Assembly (NCBI GenBank): GCA_031963005.1
Contig: JASSUL010000005.1
Span: forward strand, 82,939 to 146,938
DNA: 64,000 nucleotides
DNA from: Mycoavidus cysteinexigens
Lineage (GTDB): Bacteria; Pseudomonadota; Gammaproteobacteria; Burkholderiales; Burkholderiaceae
Direction: 5' to 3'
The translations under genes were made by a program, and so were the position numbers. Every line of letters starts with the position of its first letter. The first letter of the stretch is position 1. Below are positions 10,504 through 23,207 of this stretch, piece after piece. A model generated the notes under the pieces. It had not been told where the DNA came from and ran no database searches. It worked only from the letters and a program-made list of their open reading frames with translations.

Positions 10504-12432
10504 TTAAACCAATCGTGCTTTATTTTCAGGCGCTTTGTTTGGTGAATCGCCGCCCCCTTCTCCTGTCGGTCCGGTAGGAGGTGGGGGTGAAGAGGCGGTA
10601 TTTTTAGTAGCTCCAGGCTGACTTAAGTGCTTGGGTGGCTCGGGAATTTTGCCTTCCATAATGTCATTGATTTGCTTGGCATCGATGGTTTCCCATTCGA
10701 GCAAAGCCTTGACCATGGCTTCTACTTTATCGCGGCTGGTTTCTAATAGGCGGTGCGCTAATGCATATTGTTCATCGATAATGCGACGAATTTCCGCATC
10801 GACTTTTTGCTGGGTGGCTTCAGAGACACTTTTTGAAGACATCCGCCCGAGCAGAGAATCCTGCTCCGTATCGACATAAATCATTGTCCCTAAAGACTCT
10901 GACATCCCATAGCGGGTCACCATATCTCGTGCCATTTTGGTCGCACGTTCGAAGTCGTTAGACGCTCCACTTGATGAAGAATTTAAGAAAATTTCTTCTC
11001 CAGCACGTCCGCCGAACAAAATTGCGATTTCTTCGAGCATTTTGTCGCGATATAGATTAACGCGATCATGCTCCGGCAACTGCCAAGTCACGCCTAATGC
11101 GCCACCGCGGGGCATAATGGTGACTTTATGTACGGGGTCTGCATGAGGCAGTAATTTGGCCACCACGGCGTGCCCAGCTTCGTGATAGGCCGTATTACGG
11201 CGCTCTTCTTCACGCATCACGGCTGATTTACGCTCAGGGCCCATATAGATTTTGTCTTTAGCATCTTCAAAATCTTGCATTTCCACCGTACGTTTATTGC
11301 GCCGTGCGGCAAAAAGCGCGGCTTCATTGACGAGATTCGCTAAATCCGCACCCGAAAAACCAGGCGTTCCACGCGCGAGGATCAATGCATCGACATCGGA
11401 TGAAAACGGGATTTTGCGCAGATGCACGCCTAAAATCTGCTCACGGCCGCGGATATCGGGCAGATTCACATACACTTGGCGGTCAAAACGACCCGGCCGT
11501 AATAATGCGCGGTCTAGCACATCGGCACGGTTGGTCGCCGCAATGACGATCACGCCTAGGTTAGGCTCAAAGCCATCCATTTCAACCAACATTTGATTGA
11601 GGGTCTGCTCACGCTCATCGTTCCCGCCGCCCATGCCGGCGCCACGCTGGCGGCCTACAGCATCGATTTCGTCAATAAAGACAATACATGGAGCTTGCTT
11701 TTTAGCTTGCTCAAACATATCGCGCACGCGCGCAGCCCCTACACCGACAAACATTTCAACGAAATCTGAGCCTGAGATACTAAAAAATGGGACTTTTGCT
11801 TCTCCTGCAATGGCCTTCGCCAGTAAGGTTTTTCCGGTTCCTGGCGGCCCTACCAACATGACTCCACGAGGAATACGCCCGCCTAACTTCTGGAATTTTT
11901 GAGGATCACCCAAAAAGTCTACCAACTCAGAGACTTCTTCTTTTGCTTCATCACACCCTGCAACATCCGCAAAAGTGACTACATTTTGGTTTTCATCGGT
12001 TAAACGCGCGCGGGATTTCCCAAAGGAAAACATCCCTCCTTTAGCGCCCCCTCCTTGCATTTGGCGCATCATGTACAGCCAAAAAACAATGATCAGCAGG
12101 GTTGGGCCTAAGTACTGCAGTATGGAGGCAAAGAAATTAGGTCCCTCTTCGGCTTTACCGGTCACTTGCACGTTATATTTTAGTAAGTCACTGACCATCC
12201 AGGGATCGTCCAGAGAAAATACTTGGTATTTTTCTCCCGCTGTCGGAGCAGCAGTCAAAGTACGGCCTTGTATAACCACGGATTTCAGCTTGCCATTTCT
12301 GGCGTCATCTATCAACTGGGAGTACGGTACCATCTCCAGGGTGCGTGGCTTATCAAATTGCTTAAAGACGGTAAATAGCACCATCGCAATGACAATCCAT
12401 ACCGCTGCTCTTGAAAACATCGTGCCGTTCAA
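10504..12432 (-). CDS. ftsH: ATP-dependent zinc metalloprotease FtsH
   Basis: Two N-terminal TM segments, AAA Walker [14 protein letters not shown], the SRH region, and zinc motif HEAGHAV. Confidence 0.97.
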   Translation of the reverse strand: MNGTMFSRAAVWIVIAMVLFTVFKQFDKPRTLEMVPYSQLIDDARNGKLKSVVIQGRTLTAAPTAGEKYQVFSLDDPWMVSDLLKYNVQVTGKAEEGPNFFASILQYLGPTLLIIVFWLYMMRQMQGGGAKGGMFSFGKSRARLTDENQNVVTFADVAGCDEAKEEVSELVDFLGDPQKFQKLGGRIPRGVMLVGPPGTGKTLLAKAIAGEAKVPFFSISGSDFVEMFVGVGAARVRDMFEQAKKQAPCIVFIDEIDAVGRQRGAGMGGGNDEREQTLNQMLVEMDGFEPNLGVIVIAATNRADVLDRALLRPGRFDRQVYVNLPDIRGREQILGVHLRKIPFSSDVDALILARGTPGFSGADLANLVNEAALFAARRNKRTVEMQDFEDAKDKIYMGPERKSAVMREEERRNTAYHEAGHAVVAKLLPHADPVHKVTIMPRGGALGVTWQLPEHDRVNLYRDKMLEEIAILFGGRAGEEIFLNSSSSGASNDFERATKMARDMVTRYGMSESLGTMIYVDTEQDSLLGRMSSKSVSEATQQKVDAEIRRIIDEQYALAHRLLETSRDKVEAMVKALLEWETIDAKQINDIMEGKIPEPPKHLSQPGATKNTASSPPPPTGPTGEGGGDSPNKAPENKARLV

Positions 12433-12575
12433 AGCATGACTCCTTTATAGATCGGATATACAGCGTAAGCCGCTTATCCAGAAATGGCTTGGATACTCCA
12501 AACCGCTTCTCGTAAAATAGAAAAATGAGATGCTAATCCAGTCCCAGACTCAGAAGGCCTATATCTGGATAGCGT

Positions 12576-13349
12576 TTACTGTTGATGCATCTTTAGCTTT
12601 TTAGCTAGAATATATACTTCTGCTGAACCTGGCCGCGAGGCTTTAGGTTTACGCGGCGCAACCACACAAAAATAACGCTTAAAGCGCTCAACAATTTGGC
12701 TATAACCGCTGCCATGGAAACACTTTATCAGGACACTTCCTTGGCGACTTAAGAATTCCTGCGCAAATTCAAGCACTAATTCGGATAAATGTTCCATACC
12801 CGCCGTATCTGCTGCGGCAATACCAGATAAGTTGGGGGCCATATCCGAAATTACAAGATCTACTTGACGATTTTCCAGCGTGGTTCGCAATATTTCCAGC
12901 ACAGCGTCTTCGCGAAAATCACCTTGTATAAAATGTACTCCTGTCAAAGGCTCCATCGGCAACAGATCCAACGCAATCAGCGTACCTAATGGTAAGGCAC
13001 TTGCCTCTTCGGGCACCACTGTAGGCACATCCTGCGCTTCTGGCGCTATTGGCTGCTGCTGTATTGCAGAAACCGCAGCGCCTTTTTTGTTAAATGCGGG
13101 CACGCTCCCCTTTTTGCTATGACCGGAAGTTTTATGACGCAAGGCATTGATGACGTACTGGCTCCAGCTCCCTGGCGCTGCGCCTAAATCGACAATGACC
13201 TGTCCAGGACGAATCAAATCATCCTGCTCATCTATTTCCTTGAGTTTATAGGCTGCACGGGTTCGATACCCATCGTGTTTAGCCTGTTTGACATAAGGAT
13301 CATTGATATGCTCATGTAACCAGGAAGTATTAAATTTTCTCTTTGTCAT
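12576..13349 (-). CDS. rlmE: 23S rRNA (uridine2552-2'-O)-methyltransferase RlmE (FtsJ), with an internal insertion of about 45-50 aa
   Basis: [27 protein letters not shown] and [10 protein letters not shown] motifs; upstream of ftsH as in E. coli. Confidence 0.92.
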   Translation of the reverse strand: MTKRKFNTSWLHEHINDPYVKQAKHDGYRTRAAYKLKEIDEQDDLIRPGQVIVDLGAAPGSWSQYVINALRHKTSGHSKKGSVPAFNKKGAAVSAIQQQPIAPEAQDVPTVVPEEASALPLGTLIALDLLPMEPLTGVHFIQGDFREDAVLEILRTTLENRQVDLVISDMAPNLSGIAAADTAGMEHLSELVLEFAQEFLSRQGSVLIKCFHGSGYSQIVERFKRYFCVVAPRKPKASRPGSAEVYILAKKLKMHQQ

Positions 13350-13548
13350 CTATTTGCTACTGTGTTTTCCACCGTATTTGTCACCGTATTTGCCACTATA
13401 TCTCGGGCATTTTTCCTAAGAATCCATCGCTATAGATAGATTTCTCAAAGCAATTTTATAGCTAATACAATTTTTAAAGGATCTTCAGCACATTCTGAGA
13501 GATAATCCGCTTCTCTCTTTTCCTTCATTTTGTTTTTCGGCTCAAATA

Positions 13549-14043
13549 ATGTCTTCTTATACCCCACTGAGTCCCTCTGAACGCGCTGCACTCAAAGCGC
13601 AAGCACATGCTTTAAAACCTGTCGTTCTAATCGGGCCAGAAGGCCTGACGGATGCGGTTTTACAGGAAATCGACCGCAATCTGAATGCACACGCATTGAT
13701 TAAAATTCGTATGTTTGAGGATGACCGCACGCAAAGGGAAACCGCTTATCACACGCTGTGTACGCGTCTTGGAGCGCATCCCGTACAGCATATTGGCAAG
13801 CTTTTTGTAGTTTGGAGGCCTATTCCGGCGGAGAGTTCCGACCATTTATCGACTCCTACATCCCCTCGCCGTGCAGGTGCAGCGCCGCGAACCGTCACCG
13901 TATTTCAGCGTAAACCTTCTTCTCTGCGCCGGACTATGCGTAAGAAACTACGCGTCCTCGGCAATCAAAGGGTCACACAAAGTGGTAGTCTCAAACGGGC
14001 AAAAGTACGGCAAACCAGCATCAAAAAGAGCATAAAAGATTAA
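13549..14043 (+). CDS. yhbY: CRM-domain RNA-binding ribosome assembly protein YhbY, with a basic C-terminal extension
   Basis: LKAQAHALKPVVLIGPEGLTDAVLQEIDRNLNAHALIKIRM matches YhbY; divergent from rlmE as in E. coli. Confidence 0.85.
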   Translation: MSSYTPLSPSERAALKAQAHALKPVVLIGPEGLTDAVLQEIDRNLNAHALIKIRMFEDDRTQRETAYHTLCTRLGAHPVQHIGKLFVVWRPIPAESSDHLSTPTSPRRAGAAPRTVTVFQRKPSSLRRTMRKKLRVLGNQRVTQSGSLKRAKVRQTSIKKSIKD

Positions 14044-14061
14044 TTCATGCCCTCGTTTACG

Positions 14062-14089
14062 AAAGGATCCTATTTAGGATCCTTTTTTT
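14062..14089. terminator. Bidirectional intrinsic terminator between convergent yhbY and greA
   Basis: AAAGGATCC-TATTTA-GGATCCTTT hairpin flanked by an A-run and a T-run. Confidence 0.75.
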
Positions 14090-14134
14090 ACGGACTACCT
14101 CTTAGCAATGCCTTTAAAAATCCTCTTTACCGTA

Positions 14135-14611
14135 TTATAGATACTGGATTTTGGTAATCTCGTACTCTCTGGCTCCTTTAGGCGCCTGTACTACCGCTAT
14201 ATCCCCGGTATATTTGCCAATGAGCGCACGAGCAATAGGCGAACTCACAGAGACCAAGCCTGCATCAATATCGGCTTCTTCATTACCGACAATCTGGTAA
14301 GTCACACTTTCACCGGATTCTAAATCATCCAAATCTACTGTCACACCAAATACTACACGCCCATCCGCTTCAATCAATGCCGGATCGATAATTTGTGCAG
14401 CGGATAAACAAGACTCGAGCGCAAGAATTTGGCCCTCGATAAAAGCTTGCTTTTCTTTTGCAGCAGAGTATTCCGCATTCTCGGAGAGATCACCGTGCGC
14501 ACGCGCTTCTTCAATAGCCTTTACTACTGCTCTACGCTCAGTGGTCTTCAAGTGCTTTAGCTTCTCTCTGAGTCGCTCTGCACCCGCTTTTGTTAAAGGT
14601 ATTGTGCCCAT
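14135..14611 (-). CDS. greA: Transcription elongation factor GreA
   Basis: 158 aa; IPLTKAGAERLREKLKHLK..AIEEARAHGDLSENAEY matches GreA. Confidence 0.95.
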   Translation of the reverse strand: MGTIPLTKAGAERLREKLKHLKTTERRAVVKAIEEARAHGDLSENAEYSAAKEKQAFIEGQILALESCLSAAQIIDPALIEADGRVVFGVTVDLDDLESGESVTYQIVGNEEADIDAGLVSVSSPIARALIGKYTGDIAVVQAPKGAREYEITKIQYL

Positions 14612-14644
14612 AAGTCTTTATAAATAAAACAAGAAAATATCCTA

Positions 14645-14668
14645 CGCACGCTTAAATATAAGCGTGCG
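14645..14668 (-). terminator. Hairpin between carB and greA
   Basis: CGCACGCTTA-AATA-TAAGCGTGCG, 10-bp stem, followed on the minus strand by a T-rich tract. Confidence 0.45.
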
Positions 14669-14816
14669 CGATCTATATGCCATCATAGCTAGGTCGTTCA
14701 CCTAGCTGCCTAAGAGAATTGGTGTAAATCTCTTAAAAAGTCTTGCTGTATTCCTTATATGGTAGTCCGAGGAAAATTCCTTAAACCCATATCACTACGC
14801 TTTTATGGCATCCATT

Positions 14817-18113
<3,297 letters not shown>

Positions 18114-18146
18114 AGTCAGAGTAGAAAAGATAGAAAAGCGCTATTT

Positions 18147-18210
18147 TTAAGAATTTGTTTAGTATTTTCCTAAAGAGGGCCCTTTTGGGAAATACTAAAT
18201 AGGTTCTAAG
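18147..18210. repeat. Family D palindrome between carB and carA
   Basis: TTAAGAATTTGTTTAGTATTTTCC..GGGAAATACTAAATAGGTTCTAAG around a central AGAGGGCCCTTTTG. Confidence 0.7.
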
Positions 18211-18225
18211 CGCGAATAGACGAAC

Positions 18226-19377
18226 CTATGCAGATTTTTGTTGCATCAACGCGATAAAGTGGGCAAATAAAGGATCTAGATCATGAGGACCTGGTGACGC
18301 TTCCGGATGACCTTGAAAACAAAAAGCAGGACGATCTGTTAACTCAAAACCTTGAAGCGTACCGTCAAATAAAGAATGATGGGTAATACGCGTATTCGCA
18401 GGCAAAGAAGCCGGATCAACGACAAAGCCGTGATTTTGCGAGGTAATCATCACGCGATTATGCTGTATATCCTTCACAGGGTGGTTCGTCCCATGATGCC
18501 CATTTTTCATTTTTAGGGTTTTTGCTCCGAGGGCCAGCGCCATAATTTGGTGTCCTAAGCAAATCCCAAACATAGGTATTCCAGACTCCAAAAGCACGCT
18601 CGCCGTCTCAATAGCATAATCACAGGCTTGAGGATCTCCAGGGCCATTAGAAAGGAAAATGCCATCCGGATGATAATCCAGCGCCTGCTGTGCAGTAGCT
18701 TTTGCAGGCAGCACCGTCACTTCACAACCCAGGGAGGCGAGTTTGCGCAAAATATTGTGCTTAATTCCATAATCAAAAGCGACAACACGGTATTGCGCAT
18801 TTTCAAGCTGTCCATAGCCACTGCCCAAGCGCCATTCTGTTTGCTTCCAAGTATATGCTGTAGCCGTGGTCACGTCTTGCGCTACATCTTTTCCTGCCAA
18901 TCCGCTAAATCCACGCGCGAGCGCCAAAGCCTTCTCTACATCCGCTTCACCAGCCATAATACAGCCGTTTTGCGCGCCTTTTTCTCGTAAAAGGCAAGTT
19001 AAATGGCGAGTATCGATTCCAGAAATCGCCACAATATTTTGTTCGCACAAATAGGCAGGCAGCGTGGTATGCATCCTAAAATTGGAAGCTCTATTCGGCA
19101 CATCTCGCACAACTAACCCTGCGGCTTGGATGCGATCGGAATCGCCATCTTCAGGATTAATCCCTACATTTCCTATATGCGGATACGTTAATGTAACGAT
19201 TTGTTGCGCATAGCTTGGGTCTGTCAAAATTTCCTGATAGCCTGTGACCCCTGTATTAAAAACCACTTCTCCCACAGTGTGGCCAAGTGCGCCGCAGGCC
19301 TGGCCATGGAAGACGGTACCATCGGCTAATACCAAAATGGCAGGCTGAGAAGATGGCAAAATAGGCAGCATTACCAA
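18226..19377 (-). CDS. carA: Carbamoyl-phosphate synthase small (glutaminase) subunit
   Basis: 383 aa; GATase triad context FGICLGHQ; upstream of carB. Confidence 0.96.
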   Translation of the reverse strand: MVMLPILPSSQPAILVLADGTVFHGQACGALGHTVGEVVFNTGVTGYQEILTDPSYAQQIVTLTYPHIGNVGINPEDGDSDRIQAAGLVVRDVPNRASNFRMHTTLPAYLCEQNIVAISGIDTRHLTCLLREKGAQNGCIMAGEADVEKALALARGFSGLAGKDVAQDVTTATAYTWKQTEWRLGSGYGQLENAQYRVVAFDYGIKHNILRKLASLGCEVTVLPAKATAQQALDYHPDGIFLSNGPGDPQACDYAIETASVLLESGIPMFGICLGHQIMALALGAKTLKMKNGHHGTNHPVKDIQHNRVMITSQNHGFVVDPASLPANTRITHHSLFDGTLQGFELTDRPAFCFQGHPEASPGPHDLDPLFAHFIALMQQKSA

Positions 19378-19507
19378 AGGTTCCTCACAACAAAAAGATA
19401 GGTATGTGCACTGTTCAGGAGGTCAGAAACTGTTCTGACAAAGACAGGGCATAATTAAGACTTTGAATAAATTCTACAGACTCTATTTTCAAACGGATTA
19501 TTTTTAT

Positions 19508-19948
19508 ATGCAAGCTAGTTCAAATAAACCCTATTTACTAAGAGCACACTATGAATGGTGTATCGACAACAGTTACACGCCTTATATTTTGGTACACGTA
19601 GACTCGCGCACGCGCGTGCCTAAACAATTTGTACAAAAAGGGGAAATCATTCTGAATATTAGTCCTGAAGCGACGCATCAACTCAAAATGAGCAATGATT
19701 GGATCGAATTTAGCGCGCGTTTCTCAGGTATTCCACACAAAATAGAGATTCCTGTTCGCAATGTTTTAGCGATTTATGCACAAGAAAGCGGAGAAGGAAT
19801 GCATTTTCCGCTCGAAGAGATCAAGGAAGAAGAAGCGGATCTACCGCATCCTCCAACAGATACAGGCCCTCATCCGGACACACAAAGCGCACCTTCCCCC
19901 TCGAAACCCGATGCAAGCAAGGGAAGTCATTTGAAAATTATTAAATGA
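19508..19948 (+). CDS. sspB: ClpXP specificity-enhancing factor SspB
   Basis: KPYLLRAHYEWCIDNSYTPYILV core and a C-terminal ClpX-binding-like tail LKIIK; ATG 19508 preferred over the TTG at 19463. Confidence 0.88.
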   Translation: MQASSNKPYLLRAHYEWCIDNSYTPYILVHVDSRTRVPKQFVQKGEIILNISPEATHQLKMSNDWIEFSARFSGIPHKIEIPVRNVLAIYAQESGEGMHFPLEEIKEEEADLPHPPTDTGPHPDTQSAPSPSKPDASKGSHLKIIK

Positions 19949-20099
19949 CCGTTACAGCAGAACTTAAGCCCCGTGCATCAAGAAATGGCGCGCGGGGGGC
20001 TCCTTATGCACGGCTAAAATCGGTTCTTAGGCATATATCACTCATGATATAGGGAAATTCAGCGTAACGGTATGATATTCCCTATTACCGCCCGCCCAA

Positions 20100-22205
20100 T
20101 TAATTGGCTTGCTGTGCAGCAGGCAATCCATAGATTTTGACTTTTAAACGCTTGCGCACCGCGGCTGTATAAGCACTTAATTCGATTTGCCCCGCAATTT
20201 GGCCCAGTTGCTGCTGCGCAGATTCCATTACATTAGGCAAGATCATGGGATTACGTATAGCATTCAGACGATAAATAACATAGCCTGTCGGACCTAGATC
20301 TACACCAATGTACTGGGGCAAGTCCACCGCGTTTTCCTGTCCTTTTTCAGATGCAGATGGAAGCGCTGCTACCGGTGGTATTGTAGCAGCCGGTTTTTCT
20401 GTCCCAGGCTCTTTCGCGTTAGCGGTTTGCGCCACAATGGTTTTTGAAGTGCTAGCCTTTTGCGCTTCTGCAGCACCCACTACACGAGCAGACGCATTCA
20501 CTTTAAAGATCGCATCAATCGCCTGGGCAGGTAAAGACCCGGTATTAGCCCGCGTAAGGATCATTGCAGGCGAAAAATCAGCGGGCGCTCCATGAGGTAC
20601 TCCATTTTGCGCTTGCAGCGCAGCCAATTTAGCCCGCCCTTCTTTTTTAGCACGCTCAGCCGCTTGTATTGCGATCACTTTGGCCTTCACTTCGCGTATT
20701 ACGCTGCGTAAAGGTTTTTGTGCTTTAGGAGTATGACGCACCACGCGCGCTGCGATTAAGGTACGCTCGCCCACCTCGATAGCCGTCGTATTGTGTTTCG
20801 CCTTGACCACTTCCTCACTAAATACCGCATTGAGAAAAGCTGCCTGATTGAGCGGATGACTCGCCGATAACGCCGAGTTAGCCGTATGTGTCACTGTCGC
20901 GGTTTTACGCGTCAATCCAAATTTTTCTGCAACGGGCGCTAAGCTCGCAGACTGCTCATAGAGCAAATCAGAAAATAAGGCAGAGGCTTCCGAAAAACGT
21001 TGGGCAGCTTCTTGATTTTGCAGTGTAGCGACGATACGTGCCCGCACTTCCGGGAAAGCTAGCGTGACAGCGGGTTTAGAGTCAATCATCTGAATAATAT
21101 GATACCCATATTGGGACTGGACTATTTCACTAATCTGCCCACGCTGTAAGCTAAAGGCTGCCGCCTCAAATGGAGGATCCATTTGACGCCGGCCAAAATA
21201 GCCTAAATCCCCTCCTCTACTGGCTGAACCAGGATCTTGCGAGAATTTTTTGGCTAAAGCATCAAATTGTTTAGGATTAGCACGTAACTGCACGAGTAAT
21301 TCTTCAGCCTGAGCACGCACAGCAGCGATCTCTTGCTCCGAGGCCCCTTCTGCCGGCATCAGCAAAATATGGCGAGCACGCACACGCTCTTCATTTTTAT
21401 ACTCTGCAAGGTGTTCCTGGTAATATTTTTTTAGCGCAGCTTCAGAAGGCTCTTTAGTCGGCGCAAAATGCGCTGCATTCAATATGACATATTCGATGAC
21501 GGCCTGTTCCGGCTGTATAAAATCATGCACATGACTATCATAGTAAGCTTGTAATGCTTCCTGAGTTGGTGGCGCATTTTTAAGGTCAGGATGCGGTAAA
21601 AAGTGCATTGACTGCACCTCGCGCTGTTGCAGCGAAGCAATTAAAAAAGGCGTGACCAAAATAGAGGGAACAAAAGCGCTTGCAGCAATACTTTGGCTGA
21701 GCTGCCCTGCTGCTAATATTGAACGCACACGCTCATCCAACTGTTCCGCAGTCATACCCTGCGCGGCTAATAATTGATTATAGGCCTTCAAATCGATAGA
21801 CCCATCTGGCTTACGAAGCTTTGCAATCGCAGGAATATTCAATAAGGCACTGCGGATCACCTCATCTGGAACATATAAGCGCTGCTCTTTCGCTTCTTCT
21901 GTCATTAAACGCTGCTCGATAAGACTATCTAGCAAAGCGCTTCGAAAAGCTGGGGTATTAATCGTTTGCACATCAAAGCTTGCACCAAACATGCTTTGAA
22001 TTTGCTGTAAACGCTCCTGCAATACTACGCTGTACTCTCGATAATCAATCTTCGTGCCGTTTACACTAGCCACATCGGGCCCCGACCTAGAGGCATGGCG
22101 AGTACTCTGAATTCCTACCAGCCCTAAACCTGGCAAGATAAATAGCGCCAGCAGCACCTGCATCAAACGTTTATGATTACGAAAAAAATCAAGCATAGGA
22201 AGCAA
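20100..22205 (-). CDS. ppiD: Periplasmic chaperone / peptidyl-prolyl isomerase, PpiD-like
   Basis: N-terminal membrane anchor, SurA-N-like region, parvulin domain RARHILL..GGDLGYFGRRQMDPPFEAAAF..YGYHII; 701 aa with an Ala/Pro-rich insert. Confidence 0.85.
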   Translation of the reverse strand: MLPMLDFFRNHKRLMQVLLALFILPGLGLVGIQSTRHASRSGPDVASVNGTKIDYREYSVVLQERLQQIQSMFGASFDVQTINTPAFRSALLDSLIEQRLMTEEAKEQRLYVPDEVIRSALLNIPAIAKLRKPDGSIDLKAYNQLLAAQGMTAEQLDERVRSILAAGQLSQSIAASAFVPSILVTPFLIASLQQREVQSMHFLPHPDLKNAPPTQEALQAYYDSHVHDFIQPEQAVIEYVILNAAHFAPTKEPSEAALKKYYQEHLAEYKNEERVRARHILLMPAEGASEQEIAAVRAQAEELLVQLRANPKQFDALAKKFSQDPGSASRGGDLGYFGRRQMDPPFEAAAFSLQRGQISEIVQSQYGYHIIQMIDSKPAVTLAFPEVRARIVATLQNQEAAQRFSEASALFSDLLYEQSASLAPVAEKFGLTRKTATVTHTANSALSASHPLNQAAFLNAVFSEEVVKAKHNTTAIEVGERTLIAARVVRHTPKAQKPLRSVIREVKAKVIAIQAAERAKKEGRAKLAALQAQNGVPHGAPADFSPAMILTRANTGSLPAQAIDAIFKVNASARVVGAAEAQKASTSKTIVAQTANAKEPGTEKPAATIPPVAALPSASEKGQENAVDLPQYIGVDLGPTGYVIYRLNAIRNPMILPNVMESAQQQLGQIAGQIELSAYTAAVRKRLKVKIYGLPAAQQAN

Positions 22206-22281
22206 AAATCGAAAAAGGACAAAAAAACGGCGCTCTAAAAGCGCCAGAGGCTTAGAGCCTGTGTTTCTATCATCTATTAAC

Positions 22282-22383
22282 TAGACCTTTTTCGCAAGCC
22301 CGTAGCGGCGTTATTCCTTCTTGCCGTACTGTGTGTGCTGTCTGCGTCGGAATTCCTTGCTACGGGCTTGCGAAAAAGGTCTA
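22282..22383. repeat. Family B palindromic element (copy B1)
   Basis: TAGACCTTTTTCGCAAGCCCGTAGCGG..GGAATTCCTTGCTACGGGCTTGCGAAAAAGGTCTA; outer stem of about 25 bp. Confidence 0.9.
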
Positions 22384-22673
22384 GTGACAGTTAGTCTAAA
22401 ACTATATAGGTTGACTGATAAGCTCTAACAAAGCGCGCACTCATCTTGTGATGAAGCCACCTTCAAAAATCAGTTCAATATAATACAAAAAATAGGGGGA
22501 AAATCAGCCATGCACCGTGAAAGTATTGCAAAAACCTACTGGATAGAAAACCCCGCAGGAGCGCAAAACAAAGGCATTAATTGAAGCATTAATTGGGGCA
22601 TTAACACAGTGGAGCATTAATAGGAGGCGCAAAAAGAAGGCCGCCTTATTAGGACTATAAGCAAATGAGAGGG

Positions 22674-22750
22674 TGGTGGGTGCTGAGAGGCTCGAACTCC
22701 CGACCTAAGCCTTGTAAGGGCTCCGCTCTACCAACTGAGCTAAGCACCCC
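22674..22750 (-). tRNA. tRNA-Val (anticodon UAC), CCA encoded
   Basis: Reverse complement GGGGTGCTTAGCTCAGTTGGTAGAGCGGAGCCCTTACAAGGCTTAGGTCGGGAGTTCGAGCCTCTCAGCACCCACCA folds as a cloverleaf; anticodon loop CTTACAA. Confidence 0.93.
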
Positions 22751-23127
22751 CGCTCGATTCACTTACAGAGCAAACTACGTTTGCCGTTTTTGAGAAGCTG
22801 CGCAGTCTACCCCATCGAACCCACTTTGTCACGCAAAAATTACGCTTCTTTGTGATTTTCTTGCAAAAAACGCAAGCCAGCATTACAAACGGTTAATTCG
22901 CAGACCAAGCGCTCGAGCCGATCACAGCCCACCGAAAATATCCAGGATTTCGGCGCTTCCCTAGACAAAATGAAACCCTCCATTCAATAGCTCAGAAAAA
23001 AGTGTCCTGACCAAGCCGTGATGGCGGTGTTTTGCATTTTCACCCAATTCGCTATTAATTAGCGCAATGCCATATTTATATAGCTACTACTTTAAAGGCA
23101 TTTCCCTTTAGTGACTGCACCACCCAA

Positions 23128-23160
23128 AGTCCCGCATCGCTTGTTAGAACGTGCGGGACT
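23128..23160 (-). terminator. Hairpin downstream of the 308-aa ORF (weak T-run)
   Basis: AGTCCCGCA..TGCGGGACT, 9-bp stem, 15-nt loop. Confidence 0.35.
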
Positions 23161-23207
23161 GTTGTGAAATTTGATGAATTTTTTATTAAAATTTTTTGGA
23201 GATAAGG

